Assembly: GCA_963769425.1 (NCBI GenBank)
Contig: CAVYLP010000004.1
Span: 361,052 to 425,051, forward strand
Direction: 5' to 3'
DNA: 64,000 nt
DNA from: Candidatus Bathyarchaeota archaeon
GTDB lineage: Archaea; Thermoproteota; Bathyarchaeia; TCS64
Shown here: positions 31,237 through 41,397 of the stretch, piece after piece
Layout of the letters: the number at the start of each line of letters is the position of its first letter
Position numbering within the stretch: position 1 is the stretch's first letter
Position numbers and translations under genes: made by a program
Notes under the pieces: generated by a model
Told to the model about the DNA's origin: nothing
Databases searched by the model: none
What the model saw: the letters and a program-made list of their open reading frames with translations, nothing else

Positions 31237-31803
31237 TTATTCTCCCAAGAAAAGCAGATCATAATCAGTGAGGGTGGCTCTGATCTTCTCCACGGCCTCA
31301 TAGACCTGCTCTTCCCTCTTGGCGCCGGTTATCACGAGCTTCCCCGAGGCGAATACCAGCAGAACTACCTTAGGCTCCGTCATCCTGTAGATGGCGCCGG
31401 GGAACTGCTCAGGCTCATACATAACATTGTCCAAGACATCGGCCATCGTCTCCAGGTCGATCTTGCCGTAGAGGTTCGCTGAGGCGACCATGTTCTGGAT
31501 TACTATCTTCGGTTTCCCCAGGATGATGATCCCGTTCGTCTTCAGCTCTCTGACCACCTTCATCACCGCGCTCCTCGCCTGCTTCTCCGACTTCGCCCCC
31601 GTGCAGACCATCTTACCGCTGCCGAATACGAGGGTAGCCGTCTTCGGTCGCTTTAGCCTGAAGACTAGTCCGGGGAATTGCTTCGGCCGGTACTCCACGT
31701 TCTTAAAGACCTTCATGATGTCGAGGAGGTTTATCTTTTGGTCGAGGGTCACCGAGGCGACGACGTTCTGTATCTTCGTTTCGTATGGGCTTGGTTTGCT
31801 TAT
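31237..31803 (-). CDS. tbp: TATA-box-binding protein
   Basis: Two TBP repeats (IQNVVAS...YRPKQFPGLVFR...FGSGKMVCTGAK; IQNMVAS...YEPEQFPGAIYR...FASGKLVITGAK); the frame extends to ATA 31803 behind GGAGG. Confidence 0.95.
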   Translation of the reverse strand: MSKPSPYETKIQNVVASVTLDQKINLLDIMKVFKNVEYRPKQFPGLVFRLKRPKTATLVFGSGKMVCTGAKSEKQARSAVMKVVRELKTNGIIILGKPKIVIQNMVASANLYGKIDLETMADVLDNVMYEPEQFPGAIYRMTEPKVVLLVFASGKLVITGAKREEQVYEAVEKIRATLTDYDLLFLGE

Positions 31804-32603
31804 TTTTCAGCCCTCCTACTAAGCTCCCCTGAGACACTCTGCGTACTCGCCTCTGCCCGCCGTAAAAGCAGACATAGGACCCCATGAGGTAACGGAGTCA
31901 CGTTGTGAACCAAGACTCTCGGACTCAACCTTATTCAACCCGCCTTGTAACTATGCTGGTGTTGATCTCATCTAAACGTTCCATCAGTTTAACTCTCCGG
32001 CTTTGGGTTGTGTGCAAACCTCCTGCGAGGAGATAAAGAAAGTGCAAACAGGACCCTTTTACACGCTTTTCGTTATTGTTTGATGCTAAGGGCGCCAGTT
32101 TTTTTCAGGGTTTTGGCTGCGGAAACCCTTGCTGCTACAATCGCGTCAACCCTTGTCTTGCTATGCTTCTTTTTCCGGATTTTCTGTTTGAACATTTTTC
32201 TCATTTTCTTATCAAGCTCCTTTTCTTCATTCTGTCTCTTGTACCTTTTTAGATGAAAGCTTAGAATGGCACTTATTGTTATGCCGCCTGTGGTATAAAC
32301 CCGCTTATGATTCGTACGGCGACCAAGTTGACTGAAGGTACGCGATTACATCCAGCTTACACGGTTTGGGATCCGTTATAATCGCTTGTTGGTTGGTCTG
32401 CGACCACGGTTCTGAGGAGGCTCTTCGGTACCATAACTTTAATGTTCACTGACAAATAACTAAATATTGCTTAATGTAATGAGCAATAAATTTGGATATT
32501 GCTCAATAGAATGATCTTTAACTAATCAGGATTCTTAGTTGACCGCTAAATTATGATACTGCAAGGCTGCAATGTTATCTAGAGTAAATCGCACGCGCGC
32601 GGA

Positions 32604-32972
32604 TCACTGTGATGGGTAATGCTTCTTCGTCCCGCGAACGGTTTTCAATGCATCTTGTAGTTTTTCGTCCCGCTTCTCGGATTCTGTCAGTAGTCTGTAA
32701 CCTTTCTTCTCCTCTTTTATTTTCAATGGTTCGTCAGCTCCATTAGATCTACTTGAGGGTGGCTTAAGAACCTCTACATTCGAACTGATCTTGTTAAAAC
32801 AAACGTGTATATGATTATTGTACGTTGATAAGGAGAAGAAGAATAAGGGATACTGTCGCCTCACTATAGAAGCGAAAATGTTATGGTGGTCTTTGTACTG
32901 TTTACTAGCCCCCGTGGATTCACTCACGAGGATTCTCAGGCTCTGTGAATAAATCCGCGAACTCACCTCCAA
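32604..32972 (-). CDS. Basic hypothetical protein (probably only the 3' part is coding)
   Basis: Charged C-terminal half; start uncertain. Confidence 0.3.
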   Translation of the reverse strand: MEVSSRIYSQSLRILVSESTGASKQYKDHHNIFASIVRRQYPLFFFSLSTYNNHIHVCFNKISSNVEVLKPPSSRSNGADEPLKIKEEKKGYRLLTESEKRDEKLQDALKTVRGTKKHYPSQ

Positions 32973-33258
32973 TCAGCTCGGAAACAAAATTGCCCAAGTC
33001 TCATCAAAGCGAGACTTTCGCTACTAATTTTCTTCTATCGATTGGGGAAGAGGCTCCGACCTGCCACCTTTGAAGGTCACCGCGGACACACCGTAGTATT
33101 CAATAGATGGGATAAAACAAAATCATCTCATCTCAGCATCCGTGAATATGTATTTTTCCGCGTTCTTTGAAAATGTTCGGTTTTTATGGTTCTCTTAGGG
33201 AAGAGAGCGTCAGTTTTTTATTCGGTTCCATGAGACCCAGGCATAGACCTGATGTGGG

Positions 33259-33735
33259 TCAGAGCTCTAGACTACGCGAGGACTCCACGTTTACGGCGTT
33301 CAATCCCTCAGATGAAGCCGCATCTATCAACCGGTTGTCGGCCCCTAAAAATAGGTTGCATCCGACCCTTTTCCCCGCGGAGATCTGGAGTGCGTCAGCC
33401 TCGTAGATGTGATACTTGACAACATACGTCCATGATTGAGCGAGCTCCTCGGAAGATACGGGGAGCACCTCGAGGTAGCCCAATCTGCTGAGCTTCAACG
33501 TCTCGGAAACCAGGTCCGATCGGGCGTTCGCGAACTCCTTCTCGGAGATTAGCTTTCTTGTGAGGTATCTGTCGAATGCTCCGATCACTTCGCCTATGTT
33601 CCAGAGTGAGAATGCTAAGTGTATCTCTCCAGCCTCGGACTTGCTGTAAGCACTGTCTACGTAGTCTGAGCCCCTCTCCTCCAGGTACCTCTTCACGATG
33701 CAGCTACTGTCTAGGTACACTAGCTGCTCTTTCAT
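33259..33735 (-). CDS. vapC: VapC PIN toxin
   Basis: VYLDSSCIVKRY.EE.GS, WNIGE, ADALQI, ADNRL. Confidence 0.9.
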   Translation of the reverse strand: MKEQLVYLDSSCIVKRYLEERGSDYVDSAYSKSEAGEIHLAFSLWNIGEVIGAFDRYLTRKLISEKEFANARSDLVSETLKLSRLGYLEVLPVSSEELAQSWTYVVKYHIYEADALQISAGKRVGCNLFLGADNRLIDAASSEGLNAVNVESSRSLEL

Positions 33736-34000
33736 CTCTCATCGCCCTCACTTCCTTTCCGGCGGACCAGTCTACGGATGGTCTTCTATCCATTATCTCC
33801 GTAGACGATGGAATGACGTTGATTGGGATGCTCTCGCTTTTAGCATAGCTTGTGAGTATGGCTGTCGTGTTGTAGTTCCTCATTGCTTCGTTTATTGCTT
33901 GGCTAAGCTTCCTCGAGTCGCCGTACCGGGATGAGGCGGTCTTTTTGAACTCGCGGAGGGTCTCCTCATCTATGTTTACCGTTGTTTTCATAGAACGCAT
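33704..34000 (-). CDS. RHH antitoxin (VapB-like)
   Basis: MKTTVNIDEETLREFK...LSQAINEAM; overlaps vapC. Confidence 0.8.
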   Translation of the reverse strand: MRSMKTTVNIDEETLREFKKTASSRYGDSRKLSQAINEAMRNYNTTAILTSYAKSESIPINVIPSSTEIMDRRPSVDWSAGKEVRAMRDERAASVPRQ

Positions 34001-34236
34001 GTATGGCTCACCATATATATGGTGTGGTGCTCGTCTTTATGTGGATTCCGATGGTATACAATTTAATTCATACTTCCTTTAAAGCTTCGTTCCTCCAATC
34101 GTAAAAATTCAAGGAGGCGTTTTGTCTTATGTTTTTAAGCGTGTCGTGTTCGACCTCTGTTGGCCTCGACACAATGGGGTAGGAGAAGCTGAACGGGCAG
34201 CGTTTGTTCTGGCGTTTTTCCTCACTCAAATACGGT

Positions 34237-34612
34237 TCAGATAAATCCTAGCCTGCCGAGATGTTTCTCATCATTCGAATAGATTTTTGTAATTCCTAGG
34301 CGCTCCATTATCGCAAGGTTTACGGCGTCAAATCCACTCGCTGGGCCGCCATGAAGTTTGAGTCCATGATGAGGTCGTCTGAGTCGAAGCTGGTTACCGA
34401 AGATTGATGGATAGGATAGTATCTTCTCCAGCGTCTCTTTGATGTCCCCCTGCCTACCCATAGCCTCCAAGACCCACGCAACCTCACAGAGAACGAGTGT
34501 CGAGGTCGCAGCCTCCTTCCCCGACTCGATCTCTCGAGGATGGTGGTCGATGTTTATTTCGAATCGGGGGTGTGGCCACGTAGATGAAGATGTTTGTGTC
34601 TATGAAAAGCAT
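34237..34612 (-). pseudogene. VapC PIN toxin, frameshifted
   Basis: MLFIDTNIFIY / STLVLCEVAW / DAVNLAIM..ITKIYSND across frames. Confidence 0.75.
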
Positions 34613-34870
34613 CCGTTAGTCCCTTCCAGCGCTTTTCTGGCAGCGTGTATTCGAGCAAGTGCTTTGAGGTTGCCTACGGGCTCTGTGACTCTCACGCTGC
34701 CGAGTAGGGACTCGGTCGGTTTAGTGTATCTCTTGATGGGTATGAGTATTATTTATCCTCCTCTTTCCCTAACTCTGATTCGAGTCTTTTCCTCGATCTC
34801 CTTTTTTTCCCTTATTTCCTTGGGGAGTAAGATTCGACCCTCTTTTCCCATTTCGACATACGTTTGAATT
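34600..34870 (-). pseudogene. AbrB-type antitoxin with internal stop
   Basis: VEMGKEGRILLPKEIRE...RERGG*IILIP. Confidence 0.7.
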
Positions 34871-34965
34871 TATTTAGAAAACGATGATATTTACCATTAA
34901 TAAATTTATTCGACATTTATTCCTCCGAAGTAGAGAATATCTAATTATAGATACAATCCCGCGCG

Positions 34966-35628
34966 GATACCTGCCACTAGGAACCGGATTCCTACTAGGA
35001 TGGTATCTCGCGCACCTGTGGGTAGGAATCCCATTCCTAGTAGGGTGGAACCGCGGAGTGCTCACCACGACCCCTCCATACCTGCCACTAGGAATCTGAT
35101 TCCTAGTAGGGTGGTATCCCGGAAATTCGTCACTTTTTGCACCTGCCACTAGGAATCATCATCTTTGTACAAGTTGATCCGATAGCGGGATCAAATGATC
35201 CTGCCACTGGATCAGTTGATCCCACTAGGGGGGTATACGCTGATCCAAGTAGCTGTATCATATGATCCAGTAGGGGGGTACAGGTGTACACGATCTCCTG
35301 TCCATCTGATCCCAGTAGGTGGGGATCCAATTCCCAGTAGGTGGGATCGGTGTACCCAGTAGGGGGGTATAACGTTTTTTAAGCGTGTTTGATCCAAGTA
35401 GGATGGATCAGTGGTACCTAGTAGTAGGGTGCTTGGTACCAAGTAGGAGGGTACCGTCGGTACCCAGTAGCATGGTACCGGTGCTCGGATTTCGTGCATC
35501 TTGGTACCGTGTAGCTGGGAACTCGGTACCATGTGGCGTGGATTATGGTACCCTGTAGGGTGGTTCGGGGTACCCATGTAGGGTGGTATAAGGTTTTTTC
35601 ATCGCGTCGGTACCATGTAGCAGGTACA
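34966..35628. repeat. Array of ~24 gapped palindromes, WWCC-N7-10-GGWW, many with a GTAG core
   Basis: Examples: GATACCTGCCACTAGGAACC, GATTCCTAGTAGGGTGGTATC, TGATCCAAGTAGGATGGATCA, GGTACCAAGTAGGAGGGTACC. Confidence 0.9.
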
Positions 35629-35812
35629 ACGTCTTCGATACATCTTTTTACTCTTCCCAATGGAAATAGGTCTTTGATTGGCGAGAACTGCTAGGGTTTC
35701 AAAGCTATATGCGAGTAGGTCGGGTTCCTGCCTGTTTAGCTAGGAAGCTATCTCCAGGAGCCGTATATAGGTCCTGTAGGGGCTCCCTATATACTGCGGA
35801 TACTGAGAAAGG

Positions 35813-36283
35813 TTACGCCTTGAGGTAATGGATCATCAGCTGATTGTATTTGCTGGTTAACCGGAACATATCTAATCTTTCAGCGAGATTACGCCTTGAG
35901 ACAAGGTCCCTAACCCTCGCGGCTAATACGTTGAAGGAAGAGAGGTTCTGCGACTTCACGCAGCACTCGTCGGCGCCGACCTTGAGCGCCCTCTCCGCGA
36001 TCATGTCGTCGTCGTGGCAGGTGAATAATACGAAGGGCGCCTTGTATCCATCGCTCCTCAGCTTCTTACAGAGCTCCACACCGTTCATCTGGGGCATCTG
36101 GTAGTCGCTTACGACGCAGTCGAATTGTCTGTCTCTGAGGAGTTCAAGTGCCTTATCCGCGGAGTTGGCATTCTCGAAGCTGAAGTTCTCGTCCTCTCGG
36201 CTTAAGGATAGGTTGATTAGTTCTAGCTGTCCAGGGTCGTCGTCGACTAGTAGGACTCGTATAGCCTTGTTTGTCTGGCTCAT
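35813..36283 (-). CDS. Stand-alone response regulator receiver
   Basis: MSQTNKAIRVLLVDDD, DCVVSDYQMPQMNG, FVLFT, GADECCVK. Confidence 0.88.
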   Translation of the reverse strand: MSQTNKAIRVLLVDDDPGQLELINLSLSREDENFSFENANSADKALELLRDRQFDCVVSDYQMPQMNGVELCKKLRSDGYKAPFVLFTCHDDDMIAERALKVGADECCVKSQNLSSFNVLAARVRDLVSRRNLAERLDMFRLTSKYNQLMIHYLKA

Positions 36284-36503
36284 CCCCCCAAGATTGGGAA
36301 TCGCGGAATATAATACACTAAGCATTTTTCGCTGGTGCATTCAAAATTAGTGATTCTCATTCCTCTGTGCTCATGGGCGATAATTGAAAGCGGAGCGTTG
36401 AGGGTACAGGAGGGCAAAGATGATGAGGCTGCGCGCATGCTGTCGTATAGCCACTTGGCTTAAGCATTCAAGCAGAGGATACGACATAAATCAATCGATG
36501 GGT

Positions 36504-36899
36504 TCACCATGAGTCAACACGGAGCCCTTCGACCCTTTCAAAGTGCTTCCGGTTAGATGTGACGATTCCCTCGCCGTGGGTTAAGGCAAGGCTTGCGATC
36601 ATGGCGTCGAGGTCCCCGATTGGGGCTCCTCGTAGTCCCTCGCTCGCCATCAGTCTACCGTAGCGTTCGGAGGCTTCGACCGTGAAGCTTAACATCTCGA
36701 GGAAGCTTAGGGTCGTCTTCACCTTGTGAAGCTCCTTCTCCCTCTTTGTTGACCTGTAGGCTCCTTTGAACAATTCGCATGCAGTGATGGGGGTCGTAGT
36801 CAGCCTCGTCTCTGAGGCGGTGTATTCCTCGAGCTTGGCGAGCGCTCTCTCATCTCGCCTTATCAAGGCGATGATGAAGCTCGTGTCCAGACACACCAT
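36504..36899 (-). CDS. vapC: VapC PIN toxin
   Basis: CLDTSFII, TACEL, DLDAMIA, TSNRKHF. Confidence 0.93.
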   Translation of the reverse strand: MVCLDTSFIIALIRRDERALAKLEEYTASETRLTTTPITACELFKGAYRSTKREKELHKVKTTLSFLEMLSFTVEASERYGRLMASEGLRGAPIGDLDAMIASLALTHGEGIVTSNRKHFERVEGLRVDSW

Positions 36900-36908
36900 A
36901 AGCAGCGC

Positions 36909-37139
36909 CTAGTCTTCGAGAGGCCTCGATGATATGTTGCTGCGATCCTTGAGCACTGTCTCTAGGGTCGCTGTGAACTCCTCGTCTGGTTCCAGAGTTT
37001 TTATGTAGTCCAGCAGGGTTCCTTTTTCGGTTCGCTTGGTTAGCCTGAGTATGGTCTCTGTGAATGACTCGCGTTCCTTCTTCATCTTGGATAGTGCGTT
37101 ATAGGCCTCATCGGATACGGTGAGTGTTCTATGACCCAT
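36909..37139 (-). CDS. vapB: Archaeal VapB antitoxin
   Basis: MGHRTLTVSDEAYNALSKMKKERESFTETILRL. Confidence 0.88.
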   Translation of the reverse strand: MGHRTLTVSDEAYNALSKMKKERESFTETILRLTKRTEKGTLLDYIKTLEPDEEFTATLETVLKDRSNISSRPLED

Positions 37140-37199
37140 ATTTGAGAATACACATACGTGTGTTATTAATATTTTGCCAGCTCCACGATCCAATCAGAC

Positions 37200-37728
37200 G
37201 AGGGGGTTTAACTGAGTTATATCGTAATCTTAGAGAGTATCCTAGACTACAAGCCGAATGCGAGGCACTCAACATCCTTGAGGTGAATGAGTTATGTGGG
37301 GAGTCAATCTCAAGGATCCTAGTCAACAATCTATCAAAAATCCCCATGAAGAGGGCGCGAATAGAGACATCAGTATAGAAGATATGTACGAGCAACAAGC
37401 TGTCATGATCAACCCTACTGCAATAGACACGGAACGGGCAACGCTCTATGAGAAAGCCGCCTCCATCAAGCCGAAGAGGCTGTTTGAGGGTCCCTTAAAC
37501 TCCGATTACGACAGACAACGATACGTCTGGGACGAAATAGGGGAGAGACTCGGGGCTGACAGGGCCGATTGGTATGATAAAAATGAGGGCCTCTCAGAGG
37601 AGAGCAAAGAGTCGAAGGTGTTCGAGATCTGTAATCTCATGAATGGTGAGAGAACCTTGCTGGATATCAGAAACATTGTGTCACTTGAGTATGATGAGAC
37701 TGACATCGACTTCGTGCTATCTAGTTGA
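37200..37728 (+). pseudogene. C-terminal remnant of a DUF4910/M28-like peptidase (winged-helix tail)
   Basis: FEICNLMNGERTLLDIRNIVSLEY; frameshifted upstream; no catalytic domain. Confidence 0.45.
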
Positions 37729-37870
37729 GGACCTCTTCGACATCGGGTTAGTCTCCAAAAATAGATTGAAACTTCACTACTTAAGATCTCTTCACAGAAT
37801 TTTTACGGATTAATGTGGGATGTATGGAAACCTATGTATAATAGTTTTTATCTTCACAAATATGATAAAG

Positions 37871-39115
37871 ATGGTTTCAAAATTGATTTTTATCAAGAGT
37901 AAAGTGATAGTCGACTCAAATGGAGTCAGGGAAGGGCAAAATGTTTTGATCGATGGGGACACCATCAAGGAGGTCGGCGAGGGGTTGACTCCACCGAGTG
38001 GAGCACAGGTCATCGACGCCTCTGCCCAGATTCTGATGCCGGGTATGATCGATTGTCATGTCCACTTCAGCGGATCAGTCACTGGAGGCATACAGAAGTT
38101 CACCGAGAGTTTTGAGGTTCGACTCATCAGGTCGGCTACCTTGGAGGCACGAGCCTTGTTGATGGCCGGCTTCACATCAGTGATGGACGCAGGCGGCTTG
38201 GTTGGATTCCATGTGAGAAACGCAATCGAGGAGGGTGTTGTCCCTGGTCCGAGGGTGATGGCCGCCGGTAGATACATAGGGATAACAGGCGGTCACGGTG
38301 ATACCCACTATCTTCCCCTTGAGTGGGTTAAGGAGGGTAGGCCATTCGGCTGGGGGATGGATGGAAGGATCGCGGACGGAGTCGATGAATGTGTTCGAGC
38401 GGTTAGGGAGCAGCTCAGGGAGGGGGTTGACTTCATAAAGATACTGACAAGCGGCGGAGGGGGGAGCCTTCGTGACCCACCTTGGGTGCCCGAGTATAGC
38501 TATGAGGAGATCAAGGCGATGGTTGACGAGGCCCACAGTTGGGGGCGGCGGGTGATGGCCCATTGCTATAACCCAGAGGCGATTAAGCGTTCAGTTGAGG
38601 GTGGGGTGGACATCATCGCGCATGGAAACATGGCTAACGAGGATTCGATTAGATTAATGAGGGGTAGGAATGTGACGGTTGTCCCCACGATGTCGATCTA
38701 CCAGGCCATTGCTGACAGGATCTCCTTGGGTGGCAGTCATCCGGGGGGTAATGTGACTGGTGGCTTATACTCCACGTTGTATGAGGATGTGAAGCGGTTA
38801 TACGATGGGGGTTTGAACTTGGCTCTGGGGACTGACACTATGGGTGATCCGCTTCCATTCGGTAAGGATGCGAGGGAGCTTCAGCTCTACGTTGAGAAGG
38901 TTGGCCTCTCACCGCTCTCGGCGATTAAAATCGGTACCTTGAATGGGGCAAAGGTGATGGGTAGAGGCGACTTGGGTTTGATTGAGGCGGGGATGAAGGC
39001 GGACATAATCGCGCTTGAAAGAAACCCTATTGAAGATATCCGCTGCCTACAGGACGAGGATAATGTTAAACTCGTGATTAAGGGTGGGATCGTCTATAAG
39101 AATGGTCTTCTTTGA
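37871..39115 (+). CDS. Amidohydrolase (prolidase/Xaa-Pro dipeptidase-like)
   Basis: MPGMIDCHVH, AGFTSV.DAG, TGGHGD, DFIK, MAH, IAHG, LGTD, G.I..G..ADII. Confidence 0.93.
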   Translation: MVSKLIFIKSKVIVDSNGVREGQNVLIDGDTIKEVGEGLTPPSGAQVIDASAQILMPGMIDCHVHFSGSVTGGIQKFTESFEVRLIRSATLEARALLMAGFTSVMDAGGLVGFHVRNAIEEGVVPGPRVMAAGRYIGITGGHGDTHYLPLEWVKEGRPFGWGMDGRIADGVDECVRAVREQLREGVDFIKILTSGGGGSLRDPPWVPEYSYEEIKAMVDEAHSWGRRVMAHCYNPEAIKRSVEGGVDIIAHGNMANEDSIRLMRGRNVTVVPTMSIYQAIADRISLGGSHPGGNVTGGLYSTLYEDVKRLYDGGLNLALGTDTMGDPLPFGKDARELQLYVEKVGLSPLSAIKIGTLNGAKVMGRGDLGLIEAGMKADIIALERNPIEDIRCLQDEDNVKLVIKGGIVYKNGLL

Positions 39116-39165
39116 GTTGACCGGTTCTAAGTAGCATCGTCGTCAAGCTAAGATTAGGGCTCAAG

Positions 39166-39462
39166 TTAAGGAAATCCAAAGATAATTATGACTACTCCAA
39201 GAATTATTACAAGCATTATTAAAAGTAGAAGAGTCGTTCGAAAAACTCCCATCGGTTTTTTTTCGGTATTCCCCTCAGATTCAAAGTCCCTGGGATGATT
39301 TCCTGCTAATCCCGCTCCTATCCCCTCTGGAGCTGGCATCCACTCTGTACCGCAATCTGAACACTTCAGCACTGGCACTAGTATGGTAAGATCAATTATC
39401 TTTGTGTTCTTTGAGCCACACTTCGGACACGTGAGAGAACTCTTCTCTCCAGTTGAATCCAT
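39166..39462 (-). CDS. Zn-ribbon membrane protein
   Basis: CPKCGS...CSDCG plus C-terminal TM; likely start MDSTGEK. Confidence 0.6.
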   Translation of the reverse strand: MDSTGEKSSLTCPKCGSKNTKIIDLTILVPVLKCSDCGTEWMPAPEGIGAGLAGNHPRDFESEGNTEKKPMGVFRTTLLLLIMLVIILGVVIIIFGFP

Positions 39463-39690
39463 TTCAGACAAACGGACTACTGTATCCTTAAGGGTGATTG
39501 AGATAAAAAAAGTGTGTGTCTTTATTGTATACGACCCTTTGAGGCCTTTCAAAATTCATATTATTCGCGAGAAGGCATTGAATATTCGCCCGTTAAGGGC
39601 GTCCGATTAAGTCGCGACAAGTTATCAGAACCCATTTACCCTACATTTATTATCTACAAACAATAAAATCAGATCTGGGTGAGTTGACTG

Positions 39691-40053
39691 TTGAGGACCT
39701 ATGTGAAGATTCAAGCGAGCGTGGAAGAGGTTAAGGAAGCTATCAAGAAGCTTGAGAGAATAGCTGTTGAGACACCGAGGATTTGTGTAATGGATACGAT
39801 CATTGACCAGGAAATGCCGCCTATTACGAGCACGGATGTGAATGAGCAGTGGACGCGATCATACTTCAATCTCGAGGCCGCAGATGTAGAACGGTGTTCC
39901 ACAATTGTTGCTAAGACCGATAAAGATCTGGGTGGATCAGACCTCTACTTCGAGTGGCTTTCGACTCCCGACTCTCGTGAGATCGAGGAACTGAGAAAGA
40001 AGATATCATCCGCCCTGAGGCCATTAAAATTCACGATAACAAATAAAAAATGA
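39691..40053 (+). CDS. Hypothetical protein
   Basis: GGGTGAG RBS; 120-aa ORF. Confidence 0.6.
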   Translation: MRTYVKIQASVEEVKEAIKKLERIAVETPRICVMDTIIDQEMPPITSTDVNEQWTRSYFNLEAADVERCSTIVAKTDKDLGGSDLYFEWLSTPDSREIEELRKKISSALRPLKFTITNKK

Positions 40054-40062
40054 CCCTTTGTT

Positions 40063-40350
40063 TTGGGCGGTAAAAGGTTATATCAGCCCTTAAGTAGCCT
40101 AATTTGGGCGGATATTTTGGTTACGAGGACGGAGGCATTCCTATTCCTGAGTAATGTCGCTGTGTTTATTCTCGTGCCAATCGACATCGCCTTTTTAGCA
40201 GGATTTTTCAAATTACCCGGCGATTACCTGTTCCTAGCTAACCTGTTTGGAGTAGCCCTAACCCTCGTTGCCTTTAGGATAAAGAGGAGGATCAGGATGG
40301 AGAATGAGGCTAGGGCGGAGAGACCTGTGGTGAAGGCTGAGTCTTCTTAG
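40063..40350 (+). CDS. Small membrane protein
   Basis: Two TM helices and a basic tail. Confidence 0.5.
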   Translation: MGGKRLYQPLSSLIWADILVTRTEAFLFLSNVAVFILVPIDIAFLAGFFKLPGDYLFLANLFGVALTLVAFRIKRRIRMENEARAERPVVKAESS

Positions 40351-40639
40351 TTTTCTTCTCGTTCTCCGCTTTGTCGAGTCGAGAGATGAGTCCCTCGACG
40401 TTTCTCTTCTTCCTGAGTAGGGCCATGTACCTGTCGATGCCGATGAAGTCAAAGTATGGACCATACAGTCCCATCCATAGCTCCGCGAATAGGTTTGTTA
40501 ACGGACCACCGCTTTCGAGAAGCATGAGTGCGAGTGTTCCAAGCCTGCGTTTGACGAGTCTCTTAACGATCTCGTCTATTAGCCGCTCCTCCTCCTCTGG
40601 GGGAAGGTCCTCCCACTGTTTCCACTCGCTGTCACTCAT
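40310..40639 (-). CDS. Hypothetical protein, last gene of the DUF6754 operon
   Basis: EEERLIDEIVKRLVKRRL...LLES..PL; GAGG RBS. Confidence 0.7.
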   Translation of the reverse strand: MSDSEWKQWEDLPPEEEERLIDEIVKRLVKRRLGTLALMLLESGGPLTNLFAELWMGLYGPYFDFIGIDRYMALLRKKRNVEGLISRLDKAENEKKTKKTQPSPQVSPP

Positions 40640-40686
40640 TCAGCCTCATCCTCATAATAAAGAAGATAAAATATAAAAAAAGGGAG

Positions 40687-41397
40687 TCACTCTTCAGGCG
40701 TCAATCTTTCCAGTAGCTTCATCCTATCTAGCAGCATCACTGCGCCGAATACGATGATCAGGCTACCTAGTAAGTAGGGTATCTTCCAAGGCGGAACCAT
40801 GTAGTTCTGCATGAAGCCGACGAAGAGGCTTAGTCTGCCCATGAAGGTCTGTGCGAAGATGGCTCCAAATGCCGCGTACATCAGGTACTCCCCTATCTTG
40901 GAACTCACGCCGAGTGCACCCTTCATCTCCGTTGAGTAGAAGAAGAAGGTGAGCATGAGGATCGTCGACAGGGCGATTGTCCAGTTGTATAGTAGTCCTT
41001 GGGCTGAACCCGTGAGTAGGGGAAGGATTGTCCCCCTGATTTGGTCTAGGAAGCCTGTGAAGATCGTTGTACGCAGGGCTAACCCGAGCTGGGCCCCTAT
41101 CGTGATGGCTATGGGTATCCTAGCTATGTAGTTGTACTTTGGGTGTAATCTGGTGAGTGTTACTAGTCCGAGTATGATGCCGAATACTAGAATCGTGTCA
41201 CCTGCTTGTACGCCGAGTATTCCGGTGTTGTAGATGAAGAGGAGGTTCACTACTACTGTGAGCCCCGTCGCGAAGCCTATGTATGACTCCTCTGCTAAGG
41301 CGTAGAGTGGGTTGCTCTTGCCGTACAGGGTGGTAAACATGCAGATTGCTATGAAGGCGCCTACTGCGACTGTCGAAATCTCAAATATGTCTGTCAT
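40687..41397 (-). CDS. Polytopic membrane protein
   Basis: LYGKSNPLYALAEESYIG, YLMYAAFGAIFAQTFMGRLSL; ~7 TMs. Confidence 0.8.
   Translation of the reverse strand: MTDIFEISTVAVGAFIAICMFTTLYGKSNPLYALAEESYIGFATGLTVVVNLLFIYNTGILGVQAGDTILVFGIILGLVTLTRLHPKYNYIARIPIAITIGAQLGLALRTTIFTGFLDQIRGTILPLLTGSAQGLLYNWTIALSTILMLTFFFYSTEMKGALGVSSKIGEYLMYAAFGAIFAQTFMGRLSLFVGFMQNYMVPPWKIPYLLGSLIIVFGAVMLLDRMKLLERLTPEE

Noticed and set aside
32060-32260. Lys/Arg-rich minus-strand frame and the hydrophobic plus-strand ORF
   Set aside because: No clear start or family; low complexity
34966-35628. CRISPR array
   Set aside because: Units are degenerate and nearly contiguous, without 30-45 bp unique spacers; no cas genes in the window
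34874-35660. Short ORFs over the repeat array
   Set aside because: Overlapping frames with repeat-derived low-complexity peptides; by-products of the DNA repeats
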